NCBI GenBank assembly: GCA_047284725.1
Contig: JBJBEO010000001.1
Span: forward strand, 224,001-288,000
DNA from: Synechococcus sp.
GTDB lineage: Bacteria; Cyanobacteriota; Cyanobacteriia; PCC-6307; Cyanobiaceae
Reading direction: 5' to 3'
DNA: 64,000 nucleotides
Part shown: in pieces, positions 58,775 to 64,000 of the stretch
Layout of the letters: each line of letters opens with the position of its first letter
Position numbering within the stretch: position 1 is the first letter of the stretch
Translations under genes and position numbers: made by a program
The notes under the pieces: generated by a model
The model's database searches: none
What the model was told of the DNA's origin: nothing
The model's input: the letters and a program-made list of their open reading frames with translations, nothing else

Positions 58775-59134
58775 TTAAGGTTCAGTCTGTTCGCTTTTCT
58801 TCATTTCGTCCAGACGGCATTCACGCAAATAGAGAAATAGTGGCGCGCCGCAGGCGAAAGAAATGCTCACACTCGTGATCAGTGCTATCCACCAGTGCTT
58901 GATGTGTAGACGACGCCCTTCCACAACCATCCAGATGCTGATGGCCGTGGCTCCAATCACCAGATCTCGACTCAAGGATCGAGCTGCTGCATTGATGTTT
59001 GCATCACGGATGAAGAGTTGAATGTCGAAGCTGTTGAACCCATGGTCTTCCATGAAATCAAGATTGGCTTGCCAGGGGAGCACAGCTCCTGCGATTGCCA
59101 GGAAGAGATAGATCCAGCGCAAGCCATTAGCCAT
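58775..59134 (-). CDS. DUF2834-family membrane protein
   Basis: YLFLAIAGAVLPW...AARSLSRDL...ISFACGAPLFLYLRE. Confidence 0.8.
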   Translation of the reverse strand: MANGLRWIYLFLAIAGAVLPWQANLDFMEDHGFNSFDIQLFIRDANINAAARSLSRDLVIGATAISIWMVVEGRRLHIKHWWIALITSVSISFACGAPLFLYLRECRLDEMKKSEQTEP

Positions 59135-59399
59135 GGTTTGTGTTGTCCATAAGTGACGTCGTCATTGTGTCGGGATCCAGTTGAAGCACGGATTGCTCCA
59201 CCTCCTGCAGCAATGCTTCACAGCGTTCCAGATAAATCTGTCCGCGTTGATAGGTCTGCTGCAGTTCCGCTAACGGCGTGCTCTCGTTCTGAAGCTGGTT
59301 CAGCAACATGTCAGCGGCTTGCAAGGCTTCCTCATAGGTCAGGGTCTGAGCATCCTTTCGCCATTGTTTGATGGGGTCTTTTGCTGCCCTAGGGGCCAT
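59127..59399 (-). CDS. xseB: Exodeoxyribonuclease VII small subunit
   Basis: LTYEEAL...LAELQQTYQRGQIYLERCEALL, next to xseA. Confidence 0.88.
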   Translation of the reverse strand: MAPRAAKDPIKQWRKDAQTLTYEEALQAADMLLNQLQNESTPLAELQQTYQRGQIYLERCEALLQEVEQSVLQLDPDTMTTSLMDNTNHG

Positions 59400-59423
59400 T
59401 GTCTGATCTCCGGTTGTGAAACC

Positions 59424-60584
59424 CTACGGGCTTGCACGGTCCAAGGCTTCAGTAGCTCGTGCTTCGACCTTCACAGCACCGTCACTCAGTCGCACGATCA
59501 GAGGGTCGTTCGTTTTGACCTGGTCAATGCTGCGAATCACTGTTCCCGACGGGGATTCCAGAATGGCAAATCCCCTTGCCAGCCAGCGTTGAGGAGAGAG
59601 TGCCATCAGGAGTTGCTGGCGTTGAGCGAACTGGCTGCGTCGCTGCTGCAGCAGCGTTGTCGGTGTGATCGTTTTCCAGCGCTCGAGTCGGTCGTTGATT
59701 CGCTGGCGGTGTCGTTGCAACCAGGCATGCAGAACGCCAGTGAGTTGTCGTTGTCGCTCACTCAGGAGCAGCGCTGTGGTCTCACGAGACGGCAGCAAGC
59801 TTACGATCGCCGCTGTTGGCGTCGCTGCTCGATGATCCGCCACGAGATCGGCAACCGTGAGGTCATCCTCATGCCCGATCCCGGTCACGACTGGTACTGG
59901 ATAGTGGGCAAGTTGGCGGCAGACGCATTCGTCGTCGAACACCATCAGGTCTTCCCTGTTTCCACCTCCCCTGGCAATGACGAGGGCATCGGCTTGGAGT
60001 GTGGGTGGTGCTTCACGAAGGCGCTGCAGCACTGCGTTGATGCGATCGGAGACGTCTCCCTGCACGGGAATGGGCACCACCAGCAACTCGGTTAACGGCC
60101 AGCGTTCCCGGGCAGTCCGCAACATATCCGCCAGGGCGGAGCTGGGAATGCTGGTGAGAATCGCCAGTCGTTGCGGCGATGCTGGGAGTGGTCTCCGGCG
60201 CGAGGGGTCGATCAAACCCTCTTGTCCCATTGTTGCCTTCACAGCCTCAAACCTGCGCAAGACGGTCGAGAGGCTGGGCCGCATGTCGACAACCTGGACC
60301 GCCAATGTGGCCCTGGCCGCCCAGAAGTTGATTTTCCCCACCACCGTGACGCCCTCGCCATCGGCGGGGATGTAATTCAATTGCCTGAGCTTGGAGGCCC
60401 AGGCCACGGCAGTGATGCTCGCCTCTCCATCTGTGAGAGTGAGCCAGAGATGCCCCTTCTTGATCTGCGGCTTCGACGCCGTGGCCTGAACCAGAAAACG
60501 GGGCGCAAAGCCTCGTTCCAGCAGTGAGCCAATCGCACTGTTGAGTTCCGCAACGGAATAGGTGGGTGGAGCGTCAGCGGTCAA
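59424..60584 (-). CDS. xseA: Exodeoxyribonuclease VII large subunit
   Basis: YSVAELN OB-fold, VQGD, IARGGG..EDL, TGIGHEDD...ATPTAA. TTG start at 60584. Confidence 0.93.
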   Translation of the reverse strand: MTADAPPTYSVAELNSAIGSLLERGFAPRFLVQATASKPQIKKGHLWLTLTDGEASITAVAWASKLRQLNYIPADGEGVTVVGKINFWAARATLAVQVVDMRPSLSTVLRRFEAVKATMGQEGLIDPSRRRPLPASPQRLAILTSIPSSALADMLRTARERWPLTELLVVPIPVQGDVSDRINAVLQRLREAPPTLQADALVIARGGGNREDLMVFDDECVCRQLAHYPVPVVTGIGHEDDLTVADLVADHRAATPTAAIVSLLPSRETTALLLSERQRQLTGVLHAWLQRHRQRINDRLERWKTITPTTLLQQRRSQFAQRQQLLMALSPQRWLARGFAILESPSGTVIRSIDQVKTNDPLIVRLSDGAVKVEARATEALDRASP

Positions 60585-60759
60585 GACGTCGGTAGGCCAT
60601 GCCCCAGTAGAGGCACAGCACAGTGAAGAACAGGGTGAAGGGTGGCCCCCAGGCTTGACCAAGCTGGGTGGCGCTGATCGTGAAGAGCACCAGGGCGCTG
60701 CTGATCAGGCGTGCACCATCTCGACGGTTGTCGACGAACAGTCTTGGCAAAAGCGGCAA
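60574..60759 (-). CDS. Small conserved membrane protein
   Basis: 61 aa with two hydrophobic segments (RRDGARLISSALV...CLYWGMAYRRL). Stop overlaps the xseA start. Confidence 0.65.
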   Translation of the reverse strand: MPLLPRLFVDNRRDGARLISSALVLFTISATQLGQAWGPPFTLFFTVLCLYWGMAYRRLDR

Positions 60760-60803
60760 AGCAGATCACCCCACTTTTGCGCAGTGGGGTGAGACAGCTC
60801 AAT

Positions 60804-60834
60804 AAAAAACCCCGTCATCACTGACGGGGTTTTT
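60804..60834. terminator. Intrinsic terminator after hli
   Basis: AAAAAACCCCGTCA-tcac-TGACGGGGTTTTT. Confidence 0.85.
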
Positions 60835-60863
60835 CTTGTGCAGTGGTGCGGGACTGTCCAGAT

Positions 60864-61004
60864 TCAACCGAGGCCGATCTGGGTGAGGATGCCCTGGCCT
60901 GTGAGCAATTCGGTGCCGAGGCCGATCACAAAGCCCAGCATGGCGAGACGGCCATTCCAGGTCTCAGCGAAGTTCACGAAGCCGAAGCGGGAGTTGTCAG
61001 ACAT
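60864..61004 (-). CDS. hli: High-light-inducible protein (46 aa)
   Basis: Manual translation MSDNSRFGFVNFAETWNGRLAMLGFVIGLGTELLTGQGILTQIGLG*, with the AExxNGRxAM chlorophyll-binding motif and TGQ. Confidence 0.95.
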   Translation of the reverse strand: MSDNSRFGFVNFAETWNGRLAMLGFVIGLGTELLTGQGILTQIGLG

Positions 61005-61096
61005 GGGAGTAACTTCAAGACTTGCCAATAGTAACAAAAGATTGAGTTTTGTTGAGCTTTTAGGCGCTCGTTCCGCGGGTCGGGCGTCGGTGTCGC

Positions 61097-63712
61097 TCAG
61101 CCCTTGTGGTGCGGGCCTTTGCCAGGGACCCTGTTGCTGTGTCTGTTTTTGGTCTTGGCGGTGGCTTCGCTGCTGCGGGGATCCTCAGGCCAAGGGTGCT
61201 TGGGGTAGCGACCACGCATTTCACGGCGGACGGCTTGGTAGCTGCCTTGCCAGAAGCCGGCGAGGTCTTGGGTGCGTTGAAGTGGTCTGCCGGCGGGGGA
61301 CAGCAGCTCCAAGGTGACGGGGAGCTCTCCATCGAGCACCGAAGGTCCCTGTTCGCATCCGAACATCTCCTGCAGTTTCACGGCCAGCAGAACGTTGTCG
61401 TCGCTGTAGTGAAGGCGGGCGTAACGGCCGGTTGGGATCTGGATCCGCTCGGGCAGAAGGCGGTCAACGCGTTGACGTGTTGTCCAGGGGAGGTCGCCCC
61501 AGAGCGCTTCGATCAGCATGTCTTCGGAGACATCGCGCCAGGCCAGGCAGCCAGACAGTGCGTTGGCGAGCCAGGTCTCAGGTGCCAGGCCAAGGTGGTT
61601 GAGGTCGCGACAGGGCCAGTCTTCCTGCTGCCCACGTTTGCTGTACAGCAGCTGCATGCGGGCTCGCAGTTGCTGGCTGCGATCACTCCAGGGCAGGGGG
61701 CTCAGGCCACCTTCGCGAAGTTGCTCCAGCAGAAGCTCACAGGCTGCTTCGGAGGGAGGCCTTGGCTCCGTTCGTGTTGCCACTGTCAACGCCCCCAGTA
61801 CCAGCGTGCTGCGAGCGCGGACGCTGCCGCCGGCGGCATGCCAAAAAACATCGGTTTGCCATTCGCCTTCGAGTTCTGCGCGTTCCCGTAACCATTCCGC
61901 TGGGAGAGGAAGGGCGAGTTGAATGCGTGCATTGCTCTGCCCTAAATCAAGCCGTGCAACGGCTAGGACCTGTTCCCCTATGAGGGCATCCTCCGCGTGC
62001 AGCAAGGCTCCTCGTCCTTGGCGCAGTTGATAACGCCCCGGTTGCCCGGGTCGTTGAAGCGCCAACCATTCCGGGAATGCGCAAGCCACCAGGCGCGCCG
62101 CCACAGCGGCATCGGTGTCATGGCAGGAGGGGCCCTCATCCCAATCGTCCAGCGTTGAATCAGGTGATGCCGCCACACCCTTGAGTTGGCTTCTAAATTG
62201 CCGGCTCAGCCTTTGAATCACGCTCAGCCGTTCCCCGATGTGGTGCTTGAGCCTGTCAAGGCGGGCGCCGATATCGACACCATCGTTCCGGGTATTGAGA
62301 GGGTCTCTTTCGCTCAGCAGGGCTGCAAGATCGGCCCCCAGCTGGTCGTAACCCCAGGCTCGCGCCTGCAGCAGAAGCATGGCCAGACGCGGGTGAGTGC
62401 CGAGGCCCGTGAGCTGTTTCCCGGCCGCTGTGAGGGATCCAGCTTTGGTCAGCACCCCAAGCTGCTCCAGCTGTTGACGGCCCTCGCGCAGTGCGGGGGC
62501 GGACGGGGGGTCCAGCCATGGCAGCTCCTCGCCCAGGCCGGCGCCCCAAGCGGCCAGGTCGAGCACCAACGGCTGTGGGTCACATCGCAACAGCTCGGGC
62601 GGATCATGCCGAGGTCTGCGCTGCTGCTCTGCTGGAGACCAGAGGCGCACGCACTGGCCAGGACCCTGGCGGCCCGCCCTCCCCCGTCTCTGGTCTGCAC
62701 TGGCCAGGCTGGAGGGGACGGTCACGAGGCCTTCCATGCCGCTGCCTGGGGCGTAGCGGTTCTGGCGGCTGAGGCCGCTATCGATCACGAGACGCACGCC
62801 ATCGATGGTGAGAGAGCTTTCAGCGATGGCCGTGGCGAGAACGACGCGACCATCGACGCCGCTGCGGCAAGGCCTGAGGGCTTGGGCCTGGGCGGACAGG
62901 GACTGCTGGCCGTGGAGGCAGCAGATCTCCCAATCAAGGAGTGAGGAGGCCTTTTCCAGCAGCTCCCGGCATCGCTCGACCTCTCTGAGGCCTGGGAGAA
63001 ACACCAGCACCGTGGGGACATCGTCGGCGCCGGGCTGGCCTTGAGGCGCTGTCAACGCGAGACCGTGCTCTTCGATCGCGCGCAGCACCGTGCGGTGGAG
63101 GGGTTCGTCGGGCCTGGGAGGGAGATGCTGAGTCTCCACAGGAAATGAACGCCCCTCGCTGGTGACGACGGCTGCATGGGGAAGCCGTCCCTGAAGATGG
63201 CTGATGTCAAGGGTGGCTGACATCAGCAGCAGGCTCAGGTCGGGGCGTAACAGTGCCTGGGTGTCGCGCACCAGGGTGAGGGCGAGATCGCTGTCTCGGC
63301 CCCGTTCGTGAAATTCATCAAAGATCACGCAGCCAACCCCCTTCAATTCAGGGTCGGCCTGCAGGCGGCGAAGGAAAAGCCCGGCTGTGATTACCTCCAG
63401 CTCAGTCCGGTTGCTGCGCTGGTGTTCGTGGCGAACGGCGTAGCCAACGCGCTCGCCGACCGCCTCGCCCAGTTGTTGGGCGAGGCGTGACGCCGCCGCT
63501 TTGGTGGCGAGACGTCTGGGCTCGAGCATCAGCAGCATCCCTTCCATCACTGGAATCGTCGGCCAATGCCCAAGAAGTGCCAGAGGGACGCGCGTGGTTT
63601 TTCCTGCCCCCGGTGGGGCTTGCAACAACACCAGGGATCCTGGCGTGAGGCTCTCGCGTAAGGCGGGTAGGACGGGGTCGATCGGGAAGGCTCCCGATGG
63701 ATCGGAGCTCAA
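61097..63712 (-). CDS. hrpB: ATP-dependent RNA helicase HrpB
   Basis: APPGAGKTT, DEFHER, MSAT, QRRGRAGR, C-terminal LLSPAGRPLQ...MRGRYPKHPWP. Confidence 0.94.
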   Translation of the reverse strand: MSSDPSGAFPIDPVLPALRESLTPGSLVLLQAPPGAGKTTRVPLALLGHWPTIPVMEGMLLMLEPRRLATKAAASRLAQQLGEAVGERVGYAVRHEHQRSNRTELEVITAGLFLRRLQADPELKGVGCVIFDEFHERGRDSDLALTLVRDTQALLRPDLSLLLMSATLDISHLQGRLPHAAVVTSEGRSFPVETQHLPPRPDEPLHRTVLRAIEEHGLALTAPQGQPGADDVPTVLVFLPGLREVERCRELLEKASSLLDWEICCLHGQQSLSAQAQALRPCRSGVDGRVVLATAIAESSLTIDGVRLVIDSGLSRQNRYAPGSGMEGLVTVPSSLASADQRRGRAGRQGPGQCVRLWSPAEQQRRPRHDPPELLRCDPQPLVLDLAAWGAGLGEELPWLDPPSAPALREGRQQLEQLGVLTKAGSLTAAGKQLTGLGTHPRLAMLLLQARAWGYDQLGADLAALLSERDPLNTRNDGVDIGARLDRLKHHIGERLSVIQRLSRQFRSQLKGVAASPDSTLDDWDEGPSCHDTDAAVAARLVACAFPEWLALQRPGQPGRYQLRQGRGALLHAEDALIGEQVLAVARLDLGQSNARIQLALPLPAEWLRERAELEGEWQTDVFWHAAGGSVRARSTLVLGALTVATRTEPRPPSEAACELLLEQLREGGLSPLPWSDRSQQLRARMQLLYSKRGQQEDWPCRDLNHLGLAPETWLANALSGCLAWRDVSEDMLIEALWGDLPWTTRQRVDRLLPERIQIPTGRYARLHYSDDNVLLAVKLQEMFGCEQGPSVLDGELPVTLELLSPAGRPLQRTQDLAGFWQGSYQAVRREMRGRYPKHPWPEDPRSSEATAKTKNRHSNRVPGKGPHHKG

Positions 63713-63723
63713 TGCACGCTGAC

Positions 63724-63828
63724 TCAGCTGAACAGGTTAAGAAGGCCGAGCAGCAAGAGACTGCTCACAGTGCCGAAGGCTGCGAGCAGCCGCACAAATG
63801 ACCCGAAGGAAGCAACTCGAGTGGCCAT
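63724..63828 (-). CDS. Candidate 34-aa single-TM small protein
   Basis: MATRVASFGSFVRLLAAFGTVSSLLLLGLLNLFS*, ATG preceded by TAAGG, ends just before the hrpB start. Confidence 0.4.
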   Translation of the reverse strand: MATRVASFGSFVRLLAAFGTVSSLLLLGLLNLFS

Positions 63829-63939
63829 AAAGAAAACCTTAAGGGCCGAACTCGTTCTGTCTAACTCAGCTTGGGTCGGTGGCTGCTGTGGGTTTGCATG
63901 CCTTCACAACCGCGGTCGTCAAGGCTGTGTCCAGCAGGG

Positions 63940-63999
63940 TCAGCGCACATGTCGGGCGCCGTCAACGGGGTGGTACTCCTCGCCCGTGAGTTCTTCGTA
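63940..63999 (-). CDS. Possible 3' end of a gene starting beyond the window
   Basis: ...YEELTGEEYHPVDGARHVR* with GC3-rich codons. Identity unknown. Confidence 0.35.
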   Translation of the reverse strand, partial: YEELTGEEYHPVDGARHVR

Positions 64000-64000
64000 A

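Overview
A high-GC stretch of a marine picocyanobacterium chromosome. The 16S sequence and the photosynthesis, porin and hli genes point to marine Synechococcus. It is mostly core genome: rpaA (partial), tRNA-Asn, a stand-alone psbD, two tandem Som-type porins flanked by membrane glycosyltransferases, cysK, ndhO, zds/crtQ, hemD, rbfA, aroK, a pterin-related cluster, petL, rimO, nadB, psbU, uppP, tolC, xseAB, hli and hrpB. The most unusual structure is two apparently identical rRNA operons (16S-tRNA-Ile-tRNA-Ala-23S-5S) in direct tandem. They sit in a 6,183-bp repeat (44467-50649 and 51145-57327) separated by a 495-bp unique spacer. The spacer holds a 5'-truncated gene resembling the CaMKII association (hub) domain, cut at the repeat junction at what looks like a ~12-bp microhomology. 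Other points of note are near-identical porin N-termini with divergent barrels, Yfr1-complementary motifs at the porin ribosome-binding regions, and an orphan PilP-like lipoprotein. I saw no CRISPR array, integrase or transposase. All family assignments come from motif recognition by eye, not from database searches.
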